Shown: piece by piece, positions 10,179 to 21,044 of the stretch
Numbering within the stretch: the first letter of the stretch is position 1
How the letters are laid out: every line of letters begins with the position of its first letter
NCBI GenBank assembly: GCA_044224875.1
Contig: JBGAJQ010000002.1
Span: forward strand, 64,001-128,000
Direction of reading: 5' to 3'
DNA length: 64,000 bases
Source of the DNA: Gemmatimonadaceae bacterium
GTDB taxonomy: Bacteria > Gemmatimonadota > Gemmatimonadetes > Gemmatimonadales > Gemmatimonadaceae
Made by a program: the position numbers and the translations under genes
The notes under the pieces: model-generated
The model's input: only the letters and a program-made list of their open reading frames with translations
Database searches by the model: none
What the model was told of the DNA's origin: nothing

Positions 10179-12701
10179 CTACTTGCCGACGCGGGACCGC
10201 GTCCAAAGTGCAATGACGCCGCACCGCACGTTCGATCCACCAAACTGGAAGGGAATCGACGCGCCGCCGGGGTAGATCTCGATCGCCTCGATGTCCGATG
10301 CACGAATCTCCACGTTCATCCCGCCCTGCGCCGGGCTAAAGGACTGACCGTCGACAAAGAAGGTGAATTCGCATTCCTCAGATTGGCCCGAGGGCCTGTT
10401 CACCGCCGCCGTTGGGTCGTCGGATCTTTGTACGGGACCTGCCTTGTCGGTGAATTCCGTCTGACCGATGCGTCCCCCGGAGAGCTTCGAGTAGAAACGA
10501 TACCCGGCCCACTCGGAAACAACGGACACCCCTGGCTGTCCCCGCAGCAGCTCGGCCAACGACTGGCTCCCATTGCGCTCGATATCCGCGCGGGCCATGA
10601 AGCTCCCACCAGCCGAACGTTTACGGCGATCGTCGAACCCCCTCGTCCAGTCAAAGGTCGCGCGCGTCTTTGCCGTGGTGACCGTCACTCCGGCAATGGC
10701 GGTCGACGCACGAGGCAGGCGAGCATACAGCGACACCCGCGAACCAGCGTCCAGTTGCACCCGTACGGTCGCCGGAGCGTAGCCGAGCGCGCCAATTCCT
10801 ACGCGATGAACCCCCGGAGGCACTCCGGCTATCGCAAAAGTTCCCGTTGAGTCGGAACGAAACGGCATAGGTCGGCCGTCGACTGTCACCTTCAGGTTCA
10901 ACACGGGCTCGCCGTACCCCCCCACCACAAAGCCAGCGAGGAACCCCGGAGATGTGGGGCCCATCCCGGGAAGTCGCTCGCTCCGTACCTGGGAAGCCGT
11001 GCCGCTATCCGCCGTCTGCATGGCTACACGACGTGACAACTGCAGGTTCGCGAGAACGACAGGGCCCTGCGCGAAGTCAATCATCACCGGAACGGCAAAG
11101 GCTCCGTCGAGATAGGCGGTGGCGTAGACCGGCGTGGTCGACGTCGTACACAAGGTGAAGGCGCCCCCATCGCCTGAAGAACCGCTCATGCGTCCCGTGC
11201 GCCCGCCCCCTGCCGCCTCCCACCAGAACAAGTCGACTTGTGCCGCCACAAACGGAGGTCCCTGTTCCGGGTCCAACGTCCTCCCACGCACGACGCGCAG
11301 CGAGTCTCCACTGGGCGTCACACGGCACATGCGGCGAGCATAGGTCTGGACGGACGGTGTCGCGACCTCGATCCGCACGTCGTTACCGCGGACGACCTTG
11401 GTGGGTACGCGTAGCGCGCCGAGTCCCAGTGAATCGAGGCGCGGGTGCCAGACGCGAAGACGGAGCGTTCCCTCGTCAGCAAGGGAATCGAGACTGGCCT
11501 TTCCGAGGTCGTCGGTGACCGCGCTCGTCCCAACACCCTCCAGCGTCACCGTTGCCCCAGGCAAGGGGCGCATGAGAGTGCTGTCGAACACACTGACGAC
11601 CATTCGGCCTGTACGAGCGCCACGTGAGCCCAAACGCGAAACCGCACCAACCACCTCGCCCCCTTCCTGTCGAACGGCCGTTGCAACGGTGTCACTCACG
11701 AACGACACGGCACCATCTGGTCGGCGACCGCGAGTGGACGTGGTCGAGAGGATTGGCATGTCGATCCTCCACCGCTTCACACCGTACACACCCGAAGGTA
11801 ACCGCGCGAATTCCACAGCACCGCCAGCTGTAGCTCCAACGCCCGGGTTGGGTACGTACCGGAATTCGAGCTGACGAAGTTCTGCGGTGGCGGAGTCCAG
11901 CCAGAGGACGCCGTCAATGTCCACGCGCTTGATCGATCGGTCGGGGGCGAAGGCCAAGCCAATCAGCCCCGGTGTGCTGCCGCGTCGCGTTCGAAAGCAG
12001 TGATCCTCGACAAACCCGTCCGACAGCAGGACGGCGGCGTCGGGACCGTAGTACGTGATCGCATCCCCAACCCGGGAGCGATAGCCCGCCTTCCGGATCG
12101 AATCCGGCGAAAGGCTCACGAATGGGTTTTCGGTGATGCCGGATCGCGTATCCGTCTTTGAAGCTCTGACCACCGAATCGGGGAGCGATATCACGCGTTC
12201 GAAGTGCTGCAGTGTGACCGGAAAGCGCTGCGATCCCTGAGCTAAGCGGGTGGCCTCGAGCACCTTTTGCGCCTCCACCCACAACCGCGCCGCGTCGCCG
12301 GTCTCGCCAACCACTCGGTCGCACTTGGACGTGGACGTAACCGTGATAGCGGGCAGTGCGACCCGTTCCAGCCGGATGGACTCGTCACGGACCACACTCT
12401 GGCCAGCGATCTCGAATGGCGCGACGTTTACGCTCTTGAATCCGATGAGGTCGATTCGAAGCGAGTAAGTGCCGGGGGCGGGAACCGTCAGTTCATACCG
12501 TCCGTCATCACCGGTGACCGTGCCGCCAACGCGCACACCGTTGGAGGCATGCAGCAGCACGACGGCGCCAGGAATTGCAGAGCCGTCTCGCTGGTCGCGA
12601 ATGGTCCCCGAAATGGACTGCGCCGTCAGTTGGCGCGTTTGGGAAACGAGAGTCGCCAGCAGCACCACAAGAATCACACCGGCGCGCCGCCGCCATCGCA
12701 T
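10179..12701 (-). CDS. Exported protein with several carboxypeptidase-regulatory-like domains and a C-terminal TonB plug-like domain
   Basis: Signal peptide, 'SISGTIRDQRDGSAIPGAVV', 'RSDSTGTFAIAGVPPG', C-terminal 'DIEAIEIYPG...CGVIALWTR'. Confidence 0.75.
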   Translation of the reverse strand: MRWRRRAGVILVVLLATLVSQTRQLTAQSISGTIRDQRDGSAIPGAVVLLHASNGVRVGGTVTGDDGRYELTVPAPGTYSLRIDLIGFKSVNVAPFEIAGQSVVRDESIRLERVALPAITVTSTSKCDRVVGETGDAARLWVEAQKVLEATRLAQGSQRFPVTLQHFERVISLPDSVVRASKTDTRSGITENPFVSLSPDSIRKAGYRSRVGDAITYYGPDAAVLLSDGFVEDHCFRTRRGSTPGLIGLAFAPDRSIKRVDIDGVLWLDSATAELRQLEFRYVPNPGVGATAGGAVEFARLPSGVYGVKRWRIDMPILSTTSTRGRRPDGAVSFVSDTVATAVRQEGGEVVGAVSRLGSRGARTGRMVVSVFDSTLMRPLPGATVTLEGVGTSAVTDDLGKASLDSLADEGTLRLRVWHPRLDSLGLGALRVPTKVVRGNDVRIEVATPSVQTYARRMCRVTPSGDSLRVVRGRTLDPEQGPPFVAAQVDLFWWEAAGGGRTGRMSGSSGDGGAFTLCTTSTTPVYATAYLDGAFAVPVMIDFAQGPVVLANLQLSRRVAMQTADSGTASQVRSERLPGMGPTSPGFLAGFVVGGYGEPVLNLKVTVDGRPMPFRSDSTGTFAIAGVPPGVHRVGIGALGYAPATVRVQLDAGSRVSLYARLPRASTAIAGVTVTTAKTRATFDWTRGFDDRRKRSAGGSFMARADIERNGSQSLAELLRGQPGVSVVSEWAGYRFYSKLSGGRIGQTEFTDKAGPVQRSDDPTAAVNRPSGQSEECEFTFFVDGQSFSPAQGGMNVEIRASDIEAIEIYPGGASIPFQFGGSNVRCGVIALWTRSRVGK

Positions 12702-12738
12702 CGCTGATTTCACGCACACGCACACAGAGGACACCACG

Positions 12739-15159
12739 ATGATCACTCCCGGCCGCAGGGGGCGACGGACCGCCCATTGCTTTGGAGGCTGCCCGCGTGC
12801 CGCATTCAGGCCGCACCGACGAATGATGCTTGGCCTCGCGCTCTACTTGATTGCGGGATCGACCGCGGACGCGCAAGGGACTCGTAGCGATTACGTGCGT
12901 GCCGAGCAGTTACTGGGGTGGAATGCTCAGGAGCTGATGCTGCACGACGGCGTACGTCCGCGCTGGGTAGGGACGGACCGTTTTTGGTATCGTGATCGAG
13001 GACCGAAGGGCTACGAGTTCGTCATGGTCGACGCAGCGACTGGGACGAAGCGTTCCGTCTTCGACCAGGTTCGGCTGGCGGCGTCGCTTTCCCAGGCGGC
13101 GGATACCGCATACGAACCGTACAAGTTGCCATTCCGTGATTTCCAGCTCTCGACGGATGGCAAGGTCGTACGGTTCAGCGTGGCTCGCCGGAAATTCTGG
13201 TCGTGTGACATCACGTCCTATGCGTGCACCGGTCCCGACACGGTCCCGAATGAACGACCGAGTGAGGTCAGGTCGCCGGACGGCAAGTGGGTAGCGGTGG
13301 AGCGTGGAGGAAACCTCTACGTTCGGCCAACCGGTGGCGGTGAGGAGGTGCAGCTGACGAACGACGGAACCACGGACTATGGATACGGCCTGGCAAACAT
13401 CGGCTGTTGCCAGCAAGTGACGACCGTTCGCAACAAGACAGAATTGCGGCCGTATGTGCTGTGGTCGCCGGATTCGCGCCGGCTGGTCACCCACAAGTGG
13501 GATCAGCGCGGCGTGCGACAGATGGCGCTGCTGGAGACAAAAAATCCCGGGCCGGTGCTGTATCAATATCGATACGCCCTTCCGGGCGACTCGGTCATCC
13601 CGAAGTTCGACCTGTATGTGTTTGAGCTGTCGTCACGTCGCGGCGTGCGGATCGACGTCCCGCCGCAGGACGCCGTCAACACTTCGTGCTGCTGGTTGTC
13701 GACGGACACCGTCTGGAAGGATGTGCGGTGGGGCGCGTCCAGCGGCGGCGATCAACTGTTCTTCACGTATGGGACACGCGGCTTCCACACGCTGACGCTC
13801 TATGCGGCCGACGCGACGTCGGGGAAGGCGCGCTCCATCCTCAAGGAAAGCGGGCCGACGTACATCGAAACCAACCAGAACTCCGGTGGCATTCCCAACT
13901 GGCGACCGGTTGCCGGAGGAAGAGAGGTGGTGTGGTGGTCGGAACGCGACGGATACGGACACCTCTACCTCGTTGACGCCGCCACCGGCGCCGTCAAGAA
14001 CCGCATAACGAGCGGCGATTGGATGGTGAGTGACCTCTTGTGGATCGACGAAACGCTTCGCTATGCGTACTTCACGGGGCGCGGTCGTGAGGTGGGTCGC
14101 GATCCATACTTCCGGTTTCTCTACCGCGCCAAGCTGGATGGCAGTGCCGTGGAGCTATTGACGCCCGAGAATGGCGATCACGCCATCTCGCAGTCGGCTG
14201 ATGGGAAGTACGTGGTTGACGTAGTCTCACGTCCCGATACGATTCCGGTCTCGTACGTCCGGCTGGCGAGCGGCGCGATTGTGAAAGAGTTGCAGCGAGC
14301 CGATGTCTCACGCCTCCTGGCGGCGGGCTTCACGCCCCCCGAGCCCTTCACTGTGAAGGCACGCGACGGCCAAACCGACCTGATGGGACTGCTCTTCAAG
14401 CCCTCGTCGGTGGACCCGAAGCGGAAGTACCCGATCATCGACTACATCTACCCCGGTCCCCAGGTGGGATCGGTTGGTGGGCGGCAGTTTTCCGTGTCGT
14501 ATGGAGGAAACGCCAGGGCACTGGCCGAATTGGGCTTCTTCGTGATGCAGGTGGATGCGCTGGGAACTCCGGGACGGTCCAAGGCATTCCACGACGCGTA
14601 CTACGGCAACATGACGGACAACGGAATTCCCGATCAGATCGCGGCGATCAAGCAACTGGCCGCGCGGTATCCGCAAATCGATCTGGACCGCGTTGGGATC
14701 TTCGGGCACTCGGGTGGAGGCTTCTCATCGACCGACGCGATCCTGAGCTATCCCGACTTCTTCAAGGTTGCGGTGTCGTCGGCCGGCAACCACGACAATC
14801 GCGGATACGACTACACGTGGGGAGAGAAGTATCAAGGGCTGTTGAAGAAGTTGAGCGACAGCACAGACTCATTCGACTCGCAGTCCAACTGGCGCAAGGC
14901 GCGCAACCTGCGAGGCAAGCTGCTGCTGACCTATGGAACCCTGGACGACAACGTACATCCGAACAACACGCAACTGGTCATAGACGAACTGATCAAGGCG
15001 AACAAGGACTTTGACATGTTCATCATGCCCAACCGGAACCATGGGTTCGCCAACGACCCGTACATGGTCCGCCGCACCTGGGACTACTTTGTAAAGAACT
15101 TGTTAGGCGTCGACCCGCCAGCCGGTTACCAGATCAAGGCCCCGCCGTCGAATCCGTAA
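12739..15159 (+). CDS. S9 family peptidase, DPP IV-like (paralog of 5039-7504)
   Basis: '[12 protein letters not shown]', '[11 protein letters not shown]', 'GHSGGG', 'GTLDDNVH', 'NRNHGF'; start uncertain (12739 or ~12823). Confidence 0.92.
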   Translation: MITPGRRGRRTAHCFGGCPRAAFRPHRRMMLGLALYLIAGSTADAQGTRSDYVRAEQLLGWNAQELMLHDGVRPRWVGTDRFWYRDRGPKGYEFVMVDAATGTKRSVFDQVRLAASLSQAADTAYEPYKLPFRDFQLSTDGKVVRFSVARRKFWSCDITSYACTGPDTVPNERPSEVRSPDGKWVAVERGGNLYVRPTGGGEEVQLTNDGTTDYGYGLANIGCCQQVTTVRNKTELRPYVLWSPDSRRLVTHKWDQRGVRQMALLETKNPGPVLYQYRYALPGDSVIPKFDLYVFELSSRRGVRIDVPPQDAVNTSCCWLSTDTVWKDVRWGASSGGDQLFFTYGTRGFHTLTLYAADATSGKARSILKESGPTYIETNQNSGGIPNWRPVAGGREVVWWSERDGYGHLYLVDAATGAVKNRITSGDWMVSDLLWIDETLRYAYFTGRGREVGRDPYFRFLYRAKLDGSAVELLTPENGDHAISQSADGKYVVDVVSRPDTIPVSYVRLASGAIVKELQRADVSRLLAAGFTPPEPFTVKARDGQTDLMGLLFKPSSVDPKRKYPIIDYIYPGPQVGSVGGRQFSVSYGGNARALAELGFFVMQVDALGTPGRSKAFHDAYYGNMTDNGIPDQIAAIKQLAARYPQIDLDRVGIFGHSGGGFSSTDAILSYPDFFKVAVSSAGNHDNRGYDYTWGEKYQGLLKKLSDSTDSFDSQSNWRKARNLRGKLLLTYGTLDDNVHPNNTQLVIDELIKANKDFDMFIMPNRNHGFANDPYMVRRTWDYFVKNLLGVDPPAGYQIKAPPSNP

Positions 15160-15274
15160 CCCGGAGCGGACGTGGGAATCCGGGAACCACGGGTGCGGCG
15201 TAGGGATAAAGATGAGCGGACGAAAACGGGCCAGGGCACCTGGCCCGTTTGTTCGCGGAACTCATGGAGAGGAC

Positions 15275-16228
<954 letters not shown>

Positions 16229-16897
16229 GTGAGCGTCGCGTCTCGCATCAAGAAGACCCCGTGGCTGCCCCGTGGGCTCTTCTTGCTCGCCCTCGCTCCC
16301 CTGCTTTGGGGGGCGTGGGCGTTGGGTTCGGACGTGTTTCTCGGCACTCGTCACCTCGGCTCTAACCCCATCAAGGAGATCGAGCACTTCACTGGCAAGT
16401 GGGCCCTGCGATTCCTGGTGCTGTCGCTCGCCGTCACTCCCGCCATCCGGTTCACCAAACAGGGGTGGCTCATTCGCTACCGGCGCACCTGGGGGCTCTT
16501 CGCCTTCTTCTACGCCTGCGTCCACTTGTGCATTTACTTCATACTCGACGTTGAGCTGTCGTGGGCGGACTTTGTCGCGGATATCATCAAACGGAAGTAC
16601 ATCACGATTGGGATGACCGCGCTGCTGCTGATGGTGCCACTGGCTCTCACCTCAACGAAGGCATCCATCAAGCGCCTAGGAAATCGCCGCTGGAACTCGA
16701 TCCATCGATTGGTTTTTGCGACGGTCGTTCTCGGCAACATCCACTACTGGATGTCCGTGAAGCGCGACATCACGGAACCAGCGCTCTTTGGAGCGATTTT
16801 CGCCGCCTTGCTCGGGTATCGGCTGGTGCGATGGCAGCGCGAACAGCCCGCCGTCGTGGACGACCGCAAGGCTGACGCTGGCCTACTCGCGCGTTGA
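16229..16897 (+). CDS. msrQ: Heme-binding membrane subunit MsrQ
   Basis: Adjacent to msrP; 'HFTGKWAL', 'RRTWGL', 'PLALTS', 'WNSIHRL'. Confidence 0.93.
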   Translation: MSVASRIKKTPWLPRGLFLLALAPLLWGAWALGSDVFLGTRHLGSNPIKEIEHFTGKWALRFLVLSLAVTPAIRFTKQGWLIRYRRTWGLFAFFYACVHLCIYFILDVELSWADFVADIIKRKYITIGMTALLLMVPLALTSTKASIKRLGNRRWNSIHRLVFATVVLGNIHYWMSVKRDITEPALFGAIFAALLGYRLVRWQREQPAVVDDRKADAGLLAR

Positions 16898-16997
16898 AGC
16901 GAGCGCTGAGCGCACAAGGTCGCGATTCCGGTCCTAGGGCCGCGAAACAACACGACTCCTCCTTGACCCCGCGTGGATTCTGCGCCATCAGGTTCAC

Positions 16998-18230
16998 GTG
17001 GCTACACCAGAGGCATACGACGCGTTCGCCATCGTCGCTCCCGGGCTCGAGGAGATCGCGCGACACGAGCTGCGCGAATTGGGAGCCCGCGGGCCGCGGA
17101 TGATCGAAGGGGGCGTGTCCTTTCGAGCATCCCGTGAGCTGCTCTATCGCGTGAACCTGTGTGCACGTGTGGTCTCGCGTGTCATCGTTCGCACCTCGGT
17201 ATTCCACGCTGCTTCGTTCCCGGAATTGGAACTTCGCCTGAAGCGAATCGCGTGGGGGCGATGGCTCGTGCCCGGCTTACCAACGCGCGTCAGCGTCACC
17301 TGCCGCAAGTCCAGGCTGTACCACTCGGACGCCGTTGCCGAACGGGTGAGCAACGTATTGGCGACAGCGACGGGCGTCGCGCCAGACCTCTCCAGAACGG
17401 AGTACTCGGAGTCAGAGGTCAACCAGGAGCTGCCGCAGCTGCTTTTGGTTCGACTCGATCACGACGAGTGCACCGTGAGCATCGACAGTTCCGGTGCCCT
17501 GCTTCATCAACGCGGATATCGGCGTTCGAGTGCGAAGGCTCCACTACGGGAGACGCTTGGAGCAGCTATCGTCATAGCGTCATTAAAGGATCATCAACAC
17601 GCCATTATCGACCCATTCTGCGGCTCAGGGACTATTCCGATTGAGGCAGCCATGAGGCTGCGTCGAATTCCGCCCGGAAAGAGCCGCGGCTTCGCATTTG
17701 AGCGGTGGCCGGACTTCGACCAATCCGTCTGGAGCGACGTCCGAAGTGCCGCCGAGAACGCCATCCTGGAATCGACGGGTGTTCGCGTGATCGCGTCCGA
17801 CCGCGATCAAGGGGCCGTACGGGGCGCAATGGACAACGCGCAGCGAGCGGGCGTTCAAGGCGACATCGAGTTCGAAGTCCGACCGGTTTCCGCCGTAGCA
17901 GCGCCTCCCGGCGAAGCGAACGGACTCGTAGTAACGAATCCGCCATACGGCGTGCGCGTGGGCGACCGTGATTCACTTCGCGACCTGTACGCGCGTCTCG
18001 GGAGCGTGCTTCGCGATCGCTTTGCTGGGTGGGACCTGGCCATCGTGTCCGCGGACCGGCGACTCGAGGCCCAACTACGACTCCAACTTCACGAGGTCCT
18101 TTCCTTTTCGAACGGAGGCATTCCGGTACGGCTCGTGATGGGGCGTGTCGGAGGCGTTGCCTCCGACGACGTTGCGAAAGGTAGCCGTCGCAAGGGCTTA
18201 ACTGCTGACCATACACGAGTAGAGAATTAG
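16998..18230 (+). CDS. THUMP-domain class I SAM-dependent RNA methyltransferase (RlmL-like)
   Basis: 'DSSGALLHQRGYR', 'APLRETL', 'DPFCGSGTIPIEAA', 'VTNPPYG'. Confidence 0.9.
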   Translation: MATPEAYDAFAIVAPGLEEIARHELRELGARGPRMIEGGVSFRASRELLYRVNLCARVVSRVIVRTSVFHAASFPELELRLKRIAWGRWLVPGLPTRVSVTCRKSRLYHSDAVAERVSNVLATATGVAPDLSRTEYSESEVNQELPQLLLVRLDHDECTVSIDSSGALLHQRGYRRSSAKAPLRETLGAAIVIASLKDHQHAIIDPFCGSGTIPIEAAMRLRRIPPGKSRGFAFERWPDFDQSVWSDVRSAAENAILESTGVRVIASDRDQGAVRGAMDNAQRAGVQGDIEFEVRPVSAVAAPPGEANGLVVTNPPYGVRVGDRDSLRDLYARLGSVLRDRFAGWDLAIVSADRRLEAQLRLQLHEVLSFSNGGIPVRLVMGRVGGVASDDVAKGSRRKGLTADHTRVEN

Positions 18231-18240
18231 ATTTCCGCGC

Positions 18241-20952
18241 ATGACCAGCCTTCCGATCACGGGCGTCTACAACGACGGCTACATCGCTGAGCTGTACGAG
18301 CAATACCGGCGCGACCCAAGCACACTCGACGAATCCTGGCGGCAGTACTTCGGGATGGCGGAGCACCTCAGTGGCGGCCCACGCTCGATCGCCACGACGG
18401 TCGCGGCCGAGCCGAACTACCTGCGTAAAGTGGCTGGGGCTGCTGCGCTGATCGACGCGATTCGCCACTACGGCCACTTGGCGGTGCAGCTGGACCCGCT
18501 CGGCACACCCCCACCCGGGGCGATGGAGCTGCAACCGGCGTTTCACGGCATCGTGGAGGACGACCTGTCCCTCGTCCCGGGATTCGCGTTAGGCTACGAC
18601 GTCGGGACGGCGGCTGACGTCGCCACGTTGCTTCGTCAACTGTATGCCTCGAACATGGGCTTTGAGTTCGAGCACCTGGAAGACGAAGCCGAACGCGATT
18701 GGTTCAGGCGCGCGATCGAGGGCGATGAGTTGCGCCGCTACCTCACCCCCGACGAAAAGAAGCATGTGCTGCGCCGCCTCACTGAGGTGGACGGGCTGGA
18801 GCGCTTCATCGGACGCGCGTACGTCAACGTCAAGCGCTTCTCCATCGAGGGAACCGACGCGCTCGTGCCAATGCTGGACACGGCGATCGAAGAGGCGAGC
18901 CTCACCGGAACGCGAGAAGTGGTCATTGGTATGGCCCACCGCGGACGCATCAACGTGTTGGCGCACATCCTGGGCAAGCCGTATGGGGTGATCTTCAACG
19001 AGTTCGACGGCAAACACGCGGACGATGGTGACTCCGAAACGGGGGACGTGAAGTATCACCTCGGCGCGAGCTCGGAGCGAACGCTCGGCGACGGGCGAAC
19101 GGTGTCGATCACGCTGTTGCCCAATCCCAGCCACCTCGAGGTCGTCAATCCGGTGTTGGAGGGTGTCGCGCGCGCCCGGCAGGTGTCCTATGCCACCGAG
19201 GAACTCGAGCGCGACGAAGGCGCGGTCCTACCCATCCTGGTCCACGGCGACGCCGCATTCCCTGGCGAAGGGGTCGTATCGGAGACGTTGAACCTGTCGA
19301 GACTACGCGGTTATCGCGTGGGTGGCACGCTGCACATCATTTCGAACAACCAGGTAGGGTTCACGACGGACCCGATCGATGCCCGATCGACCTACTACGC
19401 GTCCGACTTGGCCAAGGGGTTCGAGGTTCCGATCGTACACGTCAATGCGGACGACGCCGAGGCGTGTGTAGCGGCCGTGCGGCTTGGCATTGCGTACCGG
19501 CAGGCGTTCGGGAAGGACTTCTTGATCGACCTAGTAGGCTATCGTCGCCACGGGCATAACGAGGGAGACGAGCCGACCTACACGCAGCCCGCCCTCTACG
19601 CCGTGGTCCGTCAGCATCCAACGCCGCGCGCAGTCTGGGGACAACGACTCGTGACGGACGGCGTCATGCTCGCCGACGAAGTCGACGCGCTCGAACGCGA
19701 GATCGCCGACAAGCTCGCCAGCATTCACTCCGGACAGCGGCCGATTCCGGAGGCCGATACGGAGCCCGACGTCTCGCCCGGCGCTGGTCCGGTGGCGAGG
19801 GACTTCAAGGTTCACCCACGCCTGGCGAAGCAGCTCGAACGTCGGCGCGAAGCGTTAGGCGAGGAAGGCGGTGTTGATTGGGGCCACGCGGAGGCCTTGG
19901 CCTTCGGTTCTATCCTCACCGACGGCATAGAGGTGCGGCTGACGGGGCAGGACGTCGAGCGAGGGACCTTCTCACACCGCCACGCCGTACTGAATGACTC
20001 CGAATCGGGCGACAAGTACTGCCCACTGCAGCACCTGCCCGGAGCCGCGGCCCTCGAGATCTACAACTCGCCACTGTCCGAGACGGCGGTGCTTGGCTTC
20101 GAGTACGGCTACAGCACGGCGTCACCGCGCACCTTGGTGCTGTGGGAAGCCCAGTTCGGTGACTTCGCCAACGTGGCGCAGCCGATCGTGGACCAGTTCC
20201 TGGGTGCTGATCACGCCAAGTGGGGCCAGGATTCGAGCGTCGTGTTGCTGCTGCCGCACGGGTACGAAGGGCAGGGACCGGAACACTCCAGCGCACGGCT
20301 CGAGCGGTTCCTGCAATTGTGTGCAGAGGGCAACTTCCGCGTCGCCTACTGCTCCACCGCGGCGCAGTACTTCCACATCCTTCGTCGTCAGGCGCACAGT
20401 TCCGTGCGGCGGCCGTTGGTGCTCATGCAGCCCAAGAGCCTGCTGCGCCTGCCGCAGTCCGCGTCGCACCTGAAGGAGCTGACGGAGGGCACGTTCCAAG
20501 CCGTGCTCGACGACCCCGGAATCCCCAATCGCGAAGACGTCACCCGCCTCGTGTTCTGCACGGGCAAGGTCTACTACGAGTTGGTTACCAAGGAACGCCC
20601 CACGCACTTGGCCGTAGTACGCGTGGAAGAGTTGTATCCCTGGCCGCATGAGGCCGTGTCCCGAATCGTCGATCTCTATCCCAACATCGCCGAGATCGTT
20701 TGGGCGCAAGAGGAGCCGAAGAACATGGGGGCATGGAGTTACGTCGCCCCACGGCTGCGCGCGTCTGCTGGAAACGCACTGATCATTCGGTACATCGGGC
20801 GTCCTGAGCGCGCGAGCCCGGCGGAAGGATACCTCAGTTCTCACCAGGCTGAACAAGCCCGAATTGTCAGTGACGTGCATGCGGTGCCGAACATCCCCGG
20901 TCTGGGAGGGGGTGCGGGTATGAGCGCGCGACAGCGCGTGGTCGCGAGGTAA
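18241..20952 (+). CDS. sucA: 2-oxoglutarate dehydrogenase E1 component
   Basis: 'KRFSIEG', 'GMAHRGR', 'GDVKYHLG', 'NPSHLE', 'HGDAAF', 'WEAQFGDF', 'LPHGYEGQGPEHSSARLERFLQ'; possible short internal deletion near 19780. Confidence 0.96.
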   Translation: MTSLPITGVYNDGYIAELYEQYRRDPSTLDESWRQYFGMAEHLSGGPRSIATTVAAEPNYLRKVAGAAALIDAIRHYGHLAVQLDPLGTPPPGAMELQPAFHGIVEDDLSLVPGFALGYDVGTAADVATLLRQLYASNMGFEFEHLEDEAERDWFRRAIEGDELRRYLTPDEKKHVLRRLTEVDGLERFIGRAYVNVKRFSIEGTDALVPMLDTAIEEASLTGTREVVIGMAHRGRINVLAHILGKPYGVIFNEFDGKHADDGDSETGDVKYHLGASSERTLGDGRTVSITLLPNPSHLEVVNPVLEGVARARQVSYATEELERDEGAVLPILVHGDAAFPGEGVVSETLNLSRLRGYRVGGTLHIISNNQVGFTTDPIDARSTYYASDLAKGFEVPIVHVNADDAEACVAAVRLGIAYRQAFGKDFLIDLVGYRRHGHNEGDEPTYTQPALYAVVRQHPTPRAVWGQRLVTDGVMLADEVDALEREIADKLASIHSGQRPIPEADTEPDVSPGAGPVARDFKVHPRLAKQLERRREALGEEGGVDWGHAEALAFGSILTDGIEVRLTGQDVERGTFSHRHAVLNDSESGDKYCPLQHLPGAAALEIYNSPLSETAVLGFEYGYSTASPRTLVLWEAQFGDFANVAQPIVDQFLGADHAKWGQDSSVVLLLPHGYEGQGPEHSSARLERFLQLCAEGNFRVAYCSTAAQYFHILRRQAHSSVRRPLVLMQPKSLLRLPQSASHLKELTEGTFQAVLDDPGIPNREDVTRLVFCTGKVYYELVTKERPTHLAVVRVEELYPWPHEAVSRIVDLYPNIAEIVWAQEEPKNMGAWSYVAPRLRASAGNALIIRYIGRPERASPAEGYLSSHQAEQARIVSDVHAVPNIPGLGGGAGMSARQRVVAR

Positions 20953-21044
20953 GGCAAACACCAACTAGGTTGAAAACGGGGACGACGCGGATGCTATATG
21001 AGCATTCGCATCGTCCCCGAACGTGTCCATCGGAGCAAGAACTC

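Noticed and set aside
6721..15100. Nucleotide similarity between the two DPP IV genes as a mobile repeat
   Set aside because: It is explained by paralogy of conserved catalytic-domain motifs.
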